From Candidatus Gottesmanbacteria bacterium (GTDB taxonomy: Bacteria; Patescibacteriota; Microgenomatia; UBA10105; UBA927): a stretch of DNA of 64,000 nucleotides. A model generated the notes under the pieces. The model was not told where the DNA came from. It saw nothing but the letters and a program-made list of their open reading frames with translations, and made no database searches. Of the stretch, positions 51,839 through 62,168 are shown piece by piece (the first letter of the stretch is position 1; each line of letters opens with the position of its first letter). The position numbers and the translations under genes were made by a program. Location of the stretch: positions 7,525-71,524 of the forward strand of contig CAVQFA010000005.1 in the NCBI GenBank assembly GCA_963711735.1. The letters run 5' to 3'.

Positions 51839-52687
51839 ATGATGGTTGAATCTGGTCAGTCAAGAACTTTTGTACTAGGCGAACACATATGTCCTCCTGA
51901 TGATGTCAGTGTTACAGAGAAAATTTTTGGAAAGGGAGCCAGAATCATCGGCGATCCGTTACCGGAAATGGATTTGATTGAACTTTCAGAAACACACCCG
52001 GGTGAGTTTGTCGGGTATCAAAATGCACCACCCCTGTCAGACAAATGGTCCCAACTTGTCTGCCCTTTGGGTTGCCAGCGTCCCCATATTAAACTCGAGA
52101 ACGTTATAAGGGAAATTCAGAGTCCGTATTATCTGGGTCTTGCCAGCTGGATGGCAATCAGATACATAGGATTTCCGGAATATAAGTTGATCGGTCCGGA
52201 AGCCTATTTTATCGGTAAATTTAATAACAATCCGACTCATATTGCGCGCTATCTTGCAGGGGTAGGATTAACCCTGAAAGGAAACAAGCTGTACCCGGAT
52301 ATCTATGAGGGGTTAGGGCAGGGAATGTTTAATAATTTGGAACTGCCAAAGTTAGATATAATTGATGGAATTATCCATGGGAGTATTACGCAATGGCGGC
52401 AGATTATGACAAGAGAGGCATCGGATTTCCAGAGGGAAACAAAAAACGCCGTAGAGCAAATCCCATTCTCCCTCAGAAAAATATTTTTTGCACTGGATAC
52501 AGACAACAGACTTCAGCAATTTTTACTGTTTCCGCGACGCGAGATGCATCCCGCACTCGGAAAACCTGATTTACCCGAATTGACTTTCGAAGAACAGGAA
52601 GCGTATGACAGAATCGGACGGCTATTCCGGGGAACGCATCCATTTGCCAGGTATTTTATGAGACCTTCCGTTGAACCTTCATTATAA
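51839..52687 (+). CDS. Hypothetical protein
   Basis: Long ORF filling the interval; CPLGC motif; no family recognised. Confidence 0.6.
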   Translation: MMVESGQSRTFVLGEHICPPDDVSVTEKIFGKGARIIGDPLPEMDLIELSETHPGEFVGYQNAPPLSDKWSQLVCPLGCQRPHIKLENVIREIQSPYYLGLASWMAIRYIGFPEYKLIGPEAYFIGKFNNNPTHIARYLAGVGLTLKGNKLYPDIYEGLGQGMFNNLELPKLDIIDGIIHGSITQWRQIMTREASDFQRETKNAVEQIPFSLRKIFFALDTDNRLQQFLLFPRREMHPALGKPDLPELTFEEQEAYDRIGRLFRGTHPFARYFMRPSVEPSL

Positions 52688-52756
52688 TATCCCCCAAACT
52701 GTCAGGATAATTCATACAACTTTTTACCATTATCTGTGCGGTCTTGTTGAATGAAT

Positions 52757-53053
52757 TTACAAAAAGGTCTGCGGAGCCATGGACTCGACAACCGCTTGTG
52801 TAGATGCTTTATTATAATCAATAACAGTGTACCTGCATGCTTCAGAGATAATCCGTAAAGTACGATTAAGTTTCGAACACCCGATACATCCGGTGTTATG
52901 TTCGAGAATTTCAGCAAGTGTTACTTCCACGTCGCTTTGATATATGGGGATGAGGCTTTCACTCTGCATCAAAAGGATGATTGCGTTGCGGATTTCATTA
53001 CCCGTAGGGCATTGGGGACCAGCTTGATTACATCGGCGTTCCAAACCTGCCAT
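52757..53053 (-). CDS. Small hypothetical Cys-containing protein
   Basis: 98-aa ATG ORF with C-x6-C and CIGC. Confidence 0.4.
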   Translation of the reverse strand: MAGLERRCNQAGPQCPTGNEIRNAIILLMQSESLIPIYQSDVEVTLAEILEHNTGCIGCSKLNRTLRIISEACRYTVIDYNKASTQAVVESMAPQTFL

Positions 53054-53218
53054 AGTCTTTGTCGTGGGCAATAGACAGACAGAGTGTACGGTATCGTGAG
53101 ATACATTTCAAGTACACTACGAACCATCACAGTTTTCAGTCAGACCACAATATATCAGAATTCCAAAAATTACTAAAAAAATGATTATGGACTATCCTGA
53201 CAGGTCAATTTTCCCTAC

Positions 53219-53247
53219 TTGACAGATGACATTATGAGGTGTATAAA
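53219..53247 (+). promoter_or_regulatory. Near-consensus sigma70 promoter
   Basis: TTGACA (53219) - 17 nt - TATAAA (53242). Confidence 0.65.
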
Positions 53248-53266
53248 TATTTTTTACTCTTTTACG

Positions 53267-53319
53267 TCCTCCTGGACTTCCACCTCTCCTTAGGGGTGGA
53301 GATCCAAGAGGATTTTTTT
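53267..53319 (+). terminator. Intrinsic terminator-like hairpin
   Basis: TCCTC-TGGA-TCCACCTC / GGGGTGGA-TCCA-GAGGA long stem followed by T7. Confidence 0.7.
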
Positions 53320-53411
53320 GTTTATCTGACATAGCCTCATTGCATGATTCATTTTAAGCCTGATAATCTGTGCGTGTGGATTGAACTGATTTTTGGTATG
53401 ATGGAGGCAAG

Positions 53412-55442
53412 ATGAAGAAAGAATTAACGGATTTGTTATCAGCGATATTAAAGGATTTAGGGGTGGGTGACATCGACCCGGAAATTTCCATATCCGAAAA
53501 CCCCATACACGGGGAGTACACGACAAATGTTGCTTTACGGCTTACAAAAGTCCTGAAAAAGCCTCCGATGGACATCGCACTACAGGTTAAAGATGCTCTC
53601 GATGGTCATATTTCCAGCGTTAGCCACGACCAACCTGATCAGAACTTGAACCGAAGTGGTCAAAAGATATCAGCAGACAATAAGGTTTTTAGCGTGTTAC
53701 AGGATATAGAGAGTGTTGAAGTTGCTCCTCCGGGCTTCATAAATTTCAAAATTTCCGAGGCTAAACTTAGCAGTCGGATATCTGAAGTGCTAATTGAACA
53801 AGACCGCCGTGATACGCCGCAAACAAACAGCGCAAAACAGGGGAAAAACCGGGTTATGGTCGAGTTTGCTCATCCCAATACTCATAAAGCTTTTCACATC
53901 GGTCATCTTAGGAACATTTCAACAGGCGAATCCATTGTCCGTCTTCTGGAGTCCCGGGGGATAAAAGTGATACGAGCCAACTATCAGGGTGATGTGGGGC
54001 TCCATATTGCCAAGTGTCTGTATGCGATGCGGGAGCTGCCGGAGTATAAAAACGAGCTACCGAAGGTGAAAAATAAATCCATAAAAGAAAAAGTAGAGTT
54101 CCTCGGTAAAGTATACGCAGCCGGAAGCCAGGAATATGAAAAGGATGAGAAAATCAAAAAGATCATTCATGATTACAATTTTCTTATCTATGCGTCAGCG
54201 GCTAAGTTTTCAGTGGAAAGGGGTTTACCGCCGATATCCACCGATTACCTGACGTTTGTTAAAGAGCGTAAAGACGAGCTGGATGAAGTATATACACTGT
54301 GGATTGAGACGCGGCAGTGGAGTCTGGACTATTACGAAAGCATTTACAAACGCGTTTATTCCCGTTTTGACAGGCTGTATTTTGAAAGCGAGTGCCTGTC
54401 GGGGGTTGATTATGCCAAAGATGCCGTAAAAAAAGGAGTTCTGAAGGAAAGCGACGGTGCGATCATCTTTGACGGTAAACCATATGGATTGGATACGAGG
54501 GTGTTTGTCAACAGCCTCGGGCTTCCGACTTACGAAGGCAAGGAACTTGCACTTTCCACGATTCAGTTTTCCCAATATAAAGGAATAGAAAAACTCATTC
54601 ACGTCGTCGGGCCTGAACAGGTGAGTTTTTTCCGGGTGTCATTTAAGGCAGAAGAGCTTTTGGGTATCCAGAAAGGGCAGCAGTATCACCTCGTGTACGG
54701 CTGGGTGAGGCTTAAACACGGAAAAATGTCGTCGAGGCTTGGTAATGTCGTCACAGGTGAGGCGCTACTGGATGAAGTGAAGAAAGAGATATACACTATA
54801 CTGCATAAAAGTGATGTAAAACATAAAGAAAGTAAACAAAGTACAACTGATCTATCGCATAGTATTGCAAAAGAACAATACCGGTCCGCTCCCGATCACA
54901 CATCATTAACAACCGAAGAGATGGAAGATGTAGCAGAGAAGGCGACAATAGCAGCGGTTAAATATACATTTCTGAAGGTCGGAACACTTCAGGATATAGC
55001 ATTTGACATAAAAGAATCCGTCAATCTCAACGGCGACTCCGGACCGTACCTTCTTTATACCTACGCCAGGTGCAAATCAGTAATCAGTAAATCGAAAGGA
55101 ATAGCGTACAAATCACAACCTGCAACGTATACCTTCAACCCCGAAGAGCGCGCTCTCGCACGCCTCCTTCTCTTTTTTCCGGACATCGTTGCAGATGCGG
55201 CTGACAATTACTCTCCAAATACGATTTGTACATACCTATTTGAATTAGCTCAGGCATTTAATCTGTTTTACGCCAAACATTCTATTCTGGGAACTGACAA
55301 CTCACCTGCCCGCAATGCTTCGCAACGCGATGCAGGCGGGCAACCTACAACGTACAACCGTTTACGTTTGACCGATGCTACTGCCCGGATTCTCAAAAAC
55401 GGTCTTTCCCTCCTCGGGATAGAAACAGTAGAGAGGATGTGA
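53412..55442 (+). CDS. argS: Arginine--tRNA ligase
   Basis: HGEYTTN, VAPPGFINF, VEFAHPNTHKAFHIGHLRN, KMSSRLG, GDSGPYLLYTYAR, LLGIE..ERM. Confidence 0.97.
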   Translation: MKKELTDLLSAILKDLGVGDIDPEISISENPIHGEYTTNVALRLTKVLKKPPMDIALQVKDALDGHISSVSHDQPDQNLNRSGQKISADNKVFSVLQDIESVEVAPPGFINFKISEAKLSSRISEVLIEQDRRDTPQTNSAKQGKNRVMVEFAHPNTHKAFHIGHLRNISTGESIVRLLESRGIKVIRANYQGDVGLHIAKCLYAMRELPEYKNELPKVKNKSIKEKVEFLGKVYAAGSQEYEKDEKIKKIIHDYNFLIYASAAKFSVERGLPPISTDYLTFVKERKDELDEVYTLWIETRQWSLDYYESIYKRVYSRFDRLYFESECLSGVDYAKDAVKKGVLKESDGAIIFDGKPYGLDTRVFVNSLGLPTYEGKELALSTIQFSQYKGIEKLIHVVGPEQVSFFRVSFKAEELLGIQKGQQYHLVYGWVRLKHGKMSSRLGNVVTGEALLDEVKKEIYTILHKSDVKHKESKQSTTDLSHSIAKEQYRSAPDHTSLTTEEMEDVAEKATIAAVKYTFLKVGTLQDIAFDIKESVNLNGDSGPYLLYTYARCKSVISKSKGIAYKSQPATYTFNPEERALARLLLFFPDIVADAADNYSPNTICTYLFELAQAFNLFYAKHSILGTDNSPARNASQRDAGGQPTTYNRLRLTDATARILKNGLSLLGIETVERM

Positions 55443-55472
55443 GGGAAAAAGAAGGATAATGTAAATGAAACA

Positions 55473-55859
55473 TTATTTACTTTCGTCTTCTGAGGTCATT
55501 CGTGTATAGATTTCAAACGCACTTTGTATCGTACCGGGATTTATGCCTGCACGGAAAAGTGCGAGTGAACTTTGTGTTGCTTCAAACGCCAATTCTCCGA
55601 GCGCTCCGAATACAGTTTCGGGATCCATTATTTTTCCGGCACGCTCATACGCAGGCTGAAGAGCGTGGATTCTGAGCCATTCCGACCCAGAATATCCCGG
55701 GGAATGATTCTTATCAGGATTTTCAAACGGTAAACCGTCATGGGATTTTTCAATTGCTTGTTGCAGTGCAAACGTCATGTACGCAACATACTTCGTTTTT
55801 TCCGAGTGGAATTTTCTTCCTTTAAATACTTCCGCAAACGATTTTCCGTTTTCTTTCAT
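55473..55859 (-). CDS. Hypothetical protein
   Basis: Start re-assigned to MKENGKSF (TGGTATACT 7 nt upstream); the longer ORF extension overlaps the nuclease gene. Confidence 0.55.
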   Translation of the reverse strand: MKENGKSFAEVFKGRKFHSEKTKYVAYMTFALQQAIEKSHDGLPFENPDKNHSPGYSGSEWLRIHALQPAYERAGKIMDPETVFGALGELAFEATQSSLALFRAGINPGTIQSAFEIYTRMTSEDESK

Positions 55860-55946
55860 GGCATGCAGTATACCAAAAAATATTAAGCTCTGCAGATTGC
55901 ATATACTAATAGTACATTTCACAGGACGTTGCGTTATACTGGATGC

Positions 55947-56684
55947 ATGAAGCGCAAAGCATGCTGTGTAACGGAAAATATAGTACAGACCGTTCTTCTT
56001 ATTGTTCTTGCCATCTCTCTTATCCTCAATGCAGTCTTTTTGACAGAAAATTATCGCGGGAGTATCGTCACGTACGTTCCTGACGGGGATTCTCTTGACC
56101 TGGCAGACGGCAGGCGTGTGCGCCTTCTGGGTGTGGATGCGCCGGAGGTCGGTAGGTGCATGGCTGACCAAGCGCGTTTGCGGTTGGAACATGCAGCACT
56201 CGGCAGGCACGTGCGGATGAAAAATACCCTGACGGATTCGTACGGGCGGATTCTGGCAAACGTGATCGTTGAAGATCCGAAAGCATTCTTCGCATATAAC
56301 ATGTTCCAAATCAGAAAGATGCTCGGATATCAGGAAGACTTCGCGAAGATCGATCCTTATCTTAATCGCGCATTGGTACGCGACGGGCTAGCTAAATTCA
56401 CATTTGTTCGCAGTCCTTACTATGAAGTGCTAAAGAGTGCGCAGGAGACTGCCAGATCAATGAATCTTGGTATTTATTCAACATTATGTCGTAGTACCGA
56501 ACCTCCCGAAGGCTGTACAATCAAAGGCAACATCCGCGCGGATACGATGTATTTCTATCCTGAGACCTGTTCTCTTTGGAAACAGGTGATCGTTGATTTA
56601 AGTTTCGGCGATATGTGGTTATGTACCGTTGAGGAAGCAAAAGAGAATGGATTTGTACTGGCACCGGGGTGTGTTTCCAAGTAA
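55947..56684 (+). CDS. Thermonuclease (SNase-like) with N-terminal TM and C-terminal CxIKGNI domain
   Basis: DGDS, VRLLGVDAPE, DSYGRILA, N..LVRDGLA, AR....GIY; CTIKGNI...C..EEA...GF. Confidence 0.9.
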   Translation: MKRKACCVTENIVQTVLLIVLAISLILNAVFLTENYRGSIVTYVPDGDSLDLADGRRVRLLGVDAPEVGRCMADQARLRLEHAALGRHVRMKNTLTDSYGRILANVIVEDPKAFFAYNMFQIRKMLGYQEDFAKIDPYLNRALVRDGLAKFTFVRSPYYEVLKSAQETARSMNLGIYSTLCRSTEPPEGCTIKGNIRADTMYFYPETCSLWKQVIVDLSFGDMWLCTVEEAKENGFVLAPGCVSK

Positions 56685-56687
56685 ATA

Positions 56688-57419
56688 TTAATATTCCTTT
56701 CCTCCAAACACGAGATCGACTGCGTAGATAGTACCGTCTTTAATCCCAACACCGACACCCATATGGGTAAATTCGGTGCTGAGTAAGTTTGCATTGTGCG
56801 GTCCGCTCGATGCAAATACGTCACGGATGAGTGCCCGTGCGTCTTTCTTATTTCCATAGAAGGAATTTTCACCGAGCATCATGAACTTGAACTGTTTGGC
56901 GCGCGTTTCAAATTCCGCTTTAAACCCATCGTGCCCGTCCATACCTCCTATGGATATGTATGCGTTTGCACGCTCCTGAGCCCACCCTGCCAGTCCGTCA
57001 TTCCAGGTATAGGGAGACATACCTTTTTCGACACGATAGCTGTTCACTTCCGAAAATATCTCTTTCGGGTAGGTGTCTCGTGAACTTTCGTGAACAGGAG
57101 TCGGATTTGCTGTGACGTCTGTTTGATCTGTATCGCTTAAACGGGGACTGTGAGTCGGGATTATAAGAGTAGGAGTAGTTTCTGTTTCTTGCGTTGGGTA
57201 TGTTTCCGGGTAGTATATGACAGCAGATGGTCTATGTACCGGACTCGGGGTGGGTGTGGCGGGCGGAAGAGTAGGGTGCACCTCAAGTATTGCCGGAATA
57301 TATACGGTGTAAATACCCAAGACTGACGGACCTCCCTGAAGAGCGTACCGCATGATGCCTATGGCGCATCCAAGTGCAGCGATGAAAAATAAAATTGGAA
57401 TAAATCGTTTTCGTCTCAT
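56688..57419 (-). CDS. CAP (SCP-like) domain protein with TM and Pro/Thr linker
   Basis: VNSYR..G, L...AQ.RA, H.GF, GEN, SSGPH.AN.L...FTHMGVG. Confidence 0.88.
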   Translation of the reverse strand: MRRKRFIPILFFIAALGCAIGIMRYALQGGPSVLGIYTVYIPAILEVHPTLPPATPTPSPVHRPSAVIYYPETYPTQETETTPTLIIPTHSPRLSDTDQTDVTANPTPVHESSRDTYPKEIFSEVNSYRVEKGMSPYTWNDGLAGWAQERANAYISIGGMDGHDGFKAEFETRAKQFKFMMLGENSFYGNKKDARALIRDVFASSGPHNANLLSTEFTHMGVGVGIKDGTIYAVDLVFGGKEY

Positions 57420-57579
57420 TTAGATAAGCCAAACCATGAAAAAAATACTTCCGTTTTTCATGGGGGGCAGGGGGTAGGATAATTCTATCTAACAGCATCC
57501 CCGGGGAGCGGTCAAGAGGGGAGATCTATTATTGTTTTATAGATTACCTTATTAACAGGAACAAAAATTGAATTCGGGG

Positions 57580-58131
57580 TTAACGTTGCCTATATACGCG
57601 GTTTATTAATACTTCTCCATCTTTTTCTGTAATTTCCAGCTTATGTGGTTCATACAAACCTAATCCTTTTCGTCCTTCATAATTATTCATTAATATGTAA
57701 GGAACACCTTGGTGTTCTTGAAGTATAGGTTGTACCAGAATATTAGGATCGTTCGGGTCTGTCTTGAGAAGATAGGAATGTGGTACCACTCCTAAATATT
57801 CGTTATCTATACCATAAAGCGGATATTCAGAAGATATTAAAACTAAACGCTGTTCACCTAAGGAAATGGTGACGAAACCAACCGTATGGTTAGCCTTTTC
57901 GGGCAATGTATCAACCAATCGGAACGGTTCCAAATAAACACCTTTTTCGGATTGCACATCGAGTATGAATGGCTCTGGTTTAAGCATAGCGTGAGAAACA
58001 GGAAGGAGACATTTTACGATAGCTCTTGTTGGCGACAGCATTTCTGTCTGTAACATTGATGAAGCGTCTTCTACGAATTGAGGATTATATACCCCGACAA
58101 TTTCACGTAAAAATTCCGGTTGTGTACTCAT
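57580..58131 (-). CDS. Hypothetical protein
   Basis: 183-aa ATG ORF, TATAAT upstream. Confidence 0.6.
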   Translation of the reverse strand: MSTQPEFLREIVGVYNPQFVEDASSMLQTEMLSPTRAIVKCLLPVSHAMLKPEPFILDVQSEKGVYLEPFRLVDTLPEKANHTVGFVTISLGEQRLVLISSEYPLYGIDNEYLGVVPHSYLLKTDPNDPNILVQPILQEHQGVPYILMNNYEGRKGLGLYEPHKLEITEKDGEVLINRVYRQR

Positions 58132-58263
58132 AGTTTGGAGTATTATAGATAGATTATCTTAAAAATGCAACATTATAGTATTCACACGTAATCAATCCTA
58201 AAGTAAGAGTATCAGGGAGTAGCATCAGACACAATGACATCGGTTTCCTGATATAATCTTTTC

Positions 58264-60165
58264 ATGAATCAGGACCACATCCGCAATTTTGCCATCATCG
58301 CCCATATCGATCACGGGAAATCCACACTTGCCGACAGGCTTTTGGAGATGACCGGAACGGTTGCCATGCGCGACATGTCCGCCCAGCTTCTGGATTCTAA
58401 TCCGATTGAGCGCGAGAGGGGGATTACGATCAAACTTGCACCGGTGAGGATGAAATATCAGTCTAAAGTTTATGGGGAAAAGTTGAAACATGAAAGCTAT
58501 GTCCTGAATCTGATCGACACTCCCGGACACGTAGACTTTTCTTACGAAGTATCCCGGAGTCTGGCTGCGTGCGAAGGTGCCATTCTCGTTGTAGATGCGA
58601 CCCAGGGCGTCCAGGCGCAGACGCTTGCGCATCTTCACCAGGCGAGGCTTCATAAACTGACGGTCATTCCGGTTATCAATAAAATCGACATGCCGAATGC
58701 AAGAATCAGTACGTGTACGGACGAGTTGTGCGCGTTGGGATTTGCTAAAGATGAAATTATTGAAATTTCCGCTAAAATTGGCACTAATGTCGCTAGAGTG
58801 CTTGATGCAGTGGTTGAGCGCATACCACCGCCCCAGGGTATTTCCGGGAACCGGCTCCGCGCTCTTGTTTTTTCATCCCAGTATGATCCGCATAAAGGTG
58901 TCGTCGTATTTGTCCGAGTTGTGGATGGAGCAATACCTTTTACCGACATAAACAAAAATCAACTACACCTCCGATTTCTCGCATCAGGAGCACAAGTGAC
59001 ACCGATTGAAGTAGGGTATTTCAATCCGAAAATGGTGCGTTCTGACGGGATTGAAACAGGTGAAGTCGGATACATTGCAACCGGTCTTAAAGATATCCGC
59101 ATGGCGAAAGTAGGAGATACTGTCACTCTGGTAGGCGATAAAGTATCGACTATCAGTGATGTTCAACCTCTTCCCGGCTACAAAGAGCCTAAACCTATGG
59201 TATTTTTAAGCCTTTTTCCCGTATCTGCCGATGAATTCAGCGATGCGCGTGAGGCTATGGAGAAGCTCCGGTTGTCCGACAGCGCATTTACCTTCCGTCC
59301 GATTTCCTCAGCGGCGCTTGGCAACGGCTTCCACTGCGGATTTCTGGGCCTTCTTCACGCGGAAGTCGTACAGGAGAGAATTTTACGCGAGTTTGATCTG
59401 ACCATGATCGCAACAGCCCCGAGTGTTGAATACAGGCTGAAACTCAAACCCGGAGTCAAGTTTGATAAACTGGGATTTACCGCCAATCAGGTCGTCCGGG
59501 AGGATTCTTCATCACACGTTCTGGTTATCCAGTCTGCATCTGAATTTCCTGATCCGACTGTTATCGATGAGGTGAAAGAGCCCATGATGACGCTGACGAT
59601 TTTCACCCCCAAGAAATACGTCGGCGCAGTCATGCAACTTGCCCAGGAGAAGCGGGGAGAGTACATGGATCTGACGTATCTCGCTGACAATGCAGAATTT
59701 ACCTATATCATCCCCCTGTCTGAGATGATTATCGACTTTTTTGACCGTTTGAAGAGCATCTCAGAAGGCTACGCGAGCCTGGATTATGCGTTCTTCGACT
59801 GGCAGACGGTTGACGTGTCCAAAGTCGATATACTCCTGAATCATGAAAAAGTAGACGCGCTCTCATTTCTCGTGGTTAAAGAACAGTCCCAAAGGAGGGC
59901 ACGTGAGATCGTGGAACGCTTAGCAATGGTCATTCCGCGCCAGCAGTTCAATATTCCCGTGCAGGGGGCAATCGGGGGTGCGGTGATTGCCAGAAGCGAT
60001 ATTAAGCCCTTCCGTAAAGACGTCATCCAGAAGCTCTACGGAGGCGACCGTACGCGTAAAGACAAGCTCCTGAAAAAGCAGAAAAAGGGCAAAGCGAAGA
60101 TGAAACTTATCGGCCGTGTTGAGATTCCGCAGTCAGCCTTTTTCGAGGTTCTGAAACGGGAGTAA
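58264..60165 (+). CDS. lepA: Translation elongation factor 4 (LepA)
   Basis: IRNFAIIAHIDHGKSTLADR, DTPGHVDF, NKID, CGFLGLLH, YGGD.TRK.KLL.KQK.GK. Confidence 0.98.
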   Translation: MNQDHIRNFAIIAHIDHGKSTLADRLLEMTGTVAMRDMSAQLLDSNPIERERGITIKLAPVRMKYQSKVYGEKLKHESYVLNLIDTPGHVDFSYEVSRSLAACEGAILVVDATQGVQAQTLAHLHQARLHKLTVIPVINKIDMPNARISTCTDELCALGFAKDEIIEISAKIGTNVARVLDAVVERIPPPQGISGNRLRALVFSSQYDPHKGVVVFVRVVDGAIPFTDINKNQLHLRFLASGAQVTPIEVGYFNPKMVRSDGIETGEVGYIATGLKDIRMAKVGDTVTLVGDKVSTISDVQPLPGYKEPKPMVFLSLFPVSADEFSDAREAMEKLRLSDSAFTFRPISSAALGNGFHCGFLGLLHAEVVQERILREFDLTMIATAPSVEYRLKLKPGVKFDKLGFTANQVVREDSSSHVLVIQSASEFPDPTVIDEVKEPMMTLTIFTPKKYVGAVMQLAQEKRGEYMDLTYLADNAEFTYIIPLSEMIIDFFDRLKSISEGYASLDYAFFDWQTVDVSKVDILLNHEKVDALSFLVVKEQSQRRAREIVERLAMVIPRQQFNIPVQGAIGGAVIARSDIKPFRKDVIQKLYGGDRTRKDKLLKKQKKGKAKMKLIGRVEIPQSAFFEVLKRE

Positions 60166-60230
60166 CTATAGGATTTTAGGCTTGATAGTGATGATACGAT
60201 TTGATATCATCCGGATACTGCCATTAACCT

Positions 60231-61013
60231 ATGCCGTTACCTGAAAGGCAATTTGGATCAGAATTTTTAAACAGCCCGCCTGGTAGAATAAAACTCTTCG
60301 GGGAGTATTTTCAAACCGCCCGTGATTTTCAATTTCCACAGATAGGGTCTCCTGATATGCCCCAGGCGATGAGCGAGTTTACAGAATTGTTTTTCGATTA
60401 TATCCAAAACTGCGGATACTTTGAGCCAGCGGCAGTGTCAGATTATCATAATTATTGGATATATAATGCCATGTATGACCCGGTTTTGCAGGATGCATCA
60501 TTCCGGATCCTTGAGCATGCAGGATTAAATAATCAGGATGTCACGAAAACATTTTTCTGTCTCTGTCTTCGAAGGTCCGGTATCATTTTGCCTGAAGTCG
60601 AAGAGATGATGTATAGATTTGCATCCGGCATGGGGAAGGGAACTTTTGATAATCAGGACCATGCGGAAAGTTTTATATGGAAAATTGCAGATAATAGTAC
60701 GGAACGATCCGGAAAAAATGAGTTACTTTTTTATCGGGATAGGTTATACGGGAAAGAGCCGGATAAATTGGATTTATTTGATTTGTATTATGACTCTCCC
60801 AGAGGTAGACAACTGAGGCTTTTTGATTTCATTGATTTTTTATGCAACGACAGCGGTACAATAAGCGGAACTCTACCTCGTAATCCACTGATTCCTGAGA
60901 CTTTTGCTATCGAGCGGGTATCCGGTGAATATAAGGATTTTATATTCGGAATAAAAAACGGTGGTCTCCCGTTTATCCGGCATGATTTTGAAAAGTATAC
61001 TTCAGGAGTATAA
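60231..61013 (+). CDS. Hypothetical protein
   Basis: 260-aa ATG ORF; no family recognised. Confidence 0.65.
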   Translation: MPLPERQFGSEFLNSPPGRIKLFGEYFQTARDFQFPQIGSPDMPQAMSEFTELFFDYIQNCGYFEPAAVSDYHNYWIYNAMYDPVLQDASFRILEHAGLNNQDVTKTFFCLCLRRSGIILPEVEEMMYRFASGMGKGTFDNQDHAESFIWKIADNSTERSGKNELLFYRDRLYGKEPDKLDLFDLYYDSPRGRQLRLFDFIDFLCNDSGTISGTLPRNPLIPETFAIERVSGEYKDFIFGIKNGGLPFIRHDFEKYTSGV

Positions 61014-61058
61014 ATTTCCTCTTTCAGCTGATCGTGGTATAGTTTACTATTGGAGAAT

Positions 61059-61559
61059 ATGCCTGATCATACTCCGTTAGATGGTGGTTATTTCGATTCC
61101 GACCAACAAGAAGAGGAGCAAAGAAAATGGATGCTGTACGCTCAGCGTATCGGTACGTGGCTGATGATTGCAGGAAAAGATAAGGAGAACCGTAAAGCTG
61201 TCAATATGCTCCGCGATGAACTTCAAAAAGGAAATGTCCTTTTTTCGATAGGGAGCAGCGTACCGGGCAGAAACGAGCCGATTGGAGTACGTGGTGGTCC
61301 TTGGAATATGGTTCAGCGTAACAACGAAAGAATTGCAGCATCCGGCACTGCACTGATTCTCTTTGTAACGCCGGATTTTTTGAGAAGTAAAATAAAATCG
61401 GAAACTACATCGGGTATCCTTCAGGATGCCATGCAGACAATCCTGGAGGCTCCGGACGTATCATCGCCAAACAGAATTATTGCGGAAACTCTTGAAAACT
61501 ACAGGTTTGTCGTTATAAAAGCCCGTCAGTTCCCGCAGGAAATTTTTAATCGTAAATAA
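61059..61559 (+). CDS. Hypothetical protein
   Basis: TGGTATAGT -10 and GGAG before ATG. Confidence 0.6.
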   Translation: MPDHTPLDGGYFDSDQQEEEQRKWMLYAQRIGTWLMIAGKDKENRKAVNMLRDELQKGNVLFSIGSSVPGRNEPIGVRGGPWNMVQRNNERIAASGTALILFVTPDFLRSKIKSETTSGILQDAMQTILEAPDVSSPNRIIAETLENYRFVVIKARQFPQEIFNRK

Positions 61560-61612
61560 TAAGTATCTGCGACGTATCAGAGATTTGGCTTAAGCAGGAT
61601 GCTTCATCCGAT

Positions 61613-62110
61613 TTATTCCATTTTCACTCCGTATTCTCTATGTAAAAAGGGGTTAAAGGTAACGTCAGCAATGCCGTTCCCGTTTCTGTTTATAACCATC
61701 CTGACATAATTCCGTACAATGGGTGGAGTATTGTTTCCGTCATGAAGTTGTACTCCTTCCCGTCCACGTGCTGATTCCATATAGATAAGTACGCTATTAT
61801 CTTCATGCGATGCGCAGACTGAAACACCCGCGGTAAAAGTGCTGTCAGGATTTGTATAATTCAGACAAAGTCCGCCGTCATACACTCCGGTTACTATTTC
61901 CCACGATGTTTGGAAACTGAGAACCGCATCCCGGACATTCTCATCGAGATTTGGTATTGCATTCAACAGGTCGCCTACCGAATTGTGTAACTGCAATATG
62001 ATAAATCTCGGAGTATCTGCTTTTTCCTTTAACATTTTTCGGAGTTTCAAAATGTCATTGCAGGCTCTGCTCATGACTTGAGGTTGTATGCTTTCATGAC
62101 TTTGTCCCAT
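61613..62110 (-). CDS. Hypothetical protein; probable paralog of 62169-62669
   Basis: 165 aa; LLNAIPNLD...W. Confidence 0.65.
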   Translation of the reverse strand: MGQSHESIQPQVMSRACNDILKLRKMLKEKADTPRFIILQLHNSVGDLLNAIPNLDENVRDAVLSFQTSWEIVTGVYDGGLCLNYTNPDSTFTAGVSVCASHEDNSVLIYMESARGREGVQLHDGNNTPPIVRNYVRMVINRNGNGIADVTFNPFLHREYGVKME

Positions 62111-62168
62111 AATTTCCTTCTAGAAAAAATATCTTAAATACCATTAAACACAACCCTACATTTCAGAA

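Noticed and set aside
55860-56309. N-terminal extension of the 278-aa minus-strand ORF
   Set aside because: Overlaps the thermonuclease antisense; a better start with its own -10 exists at 55859
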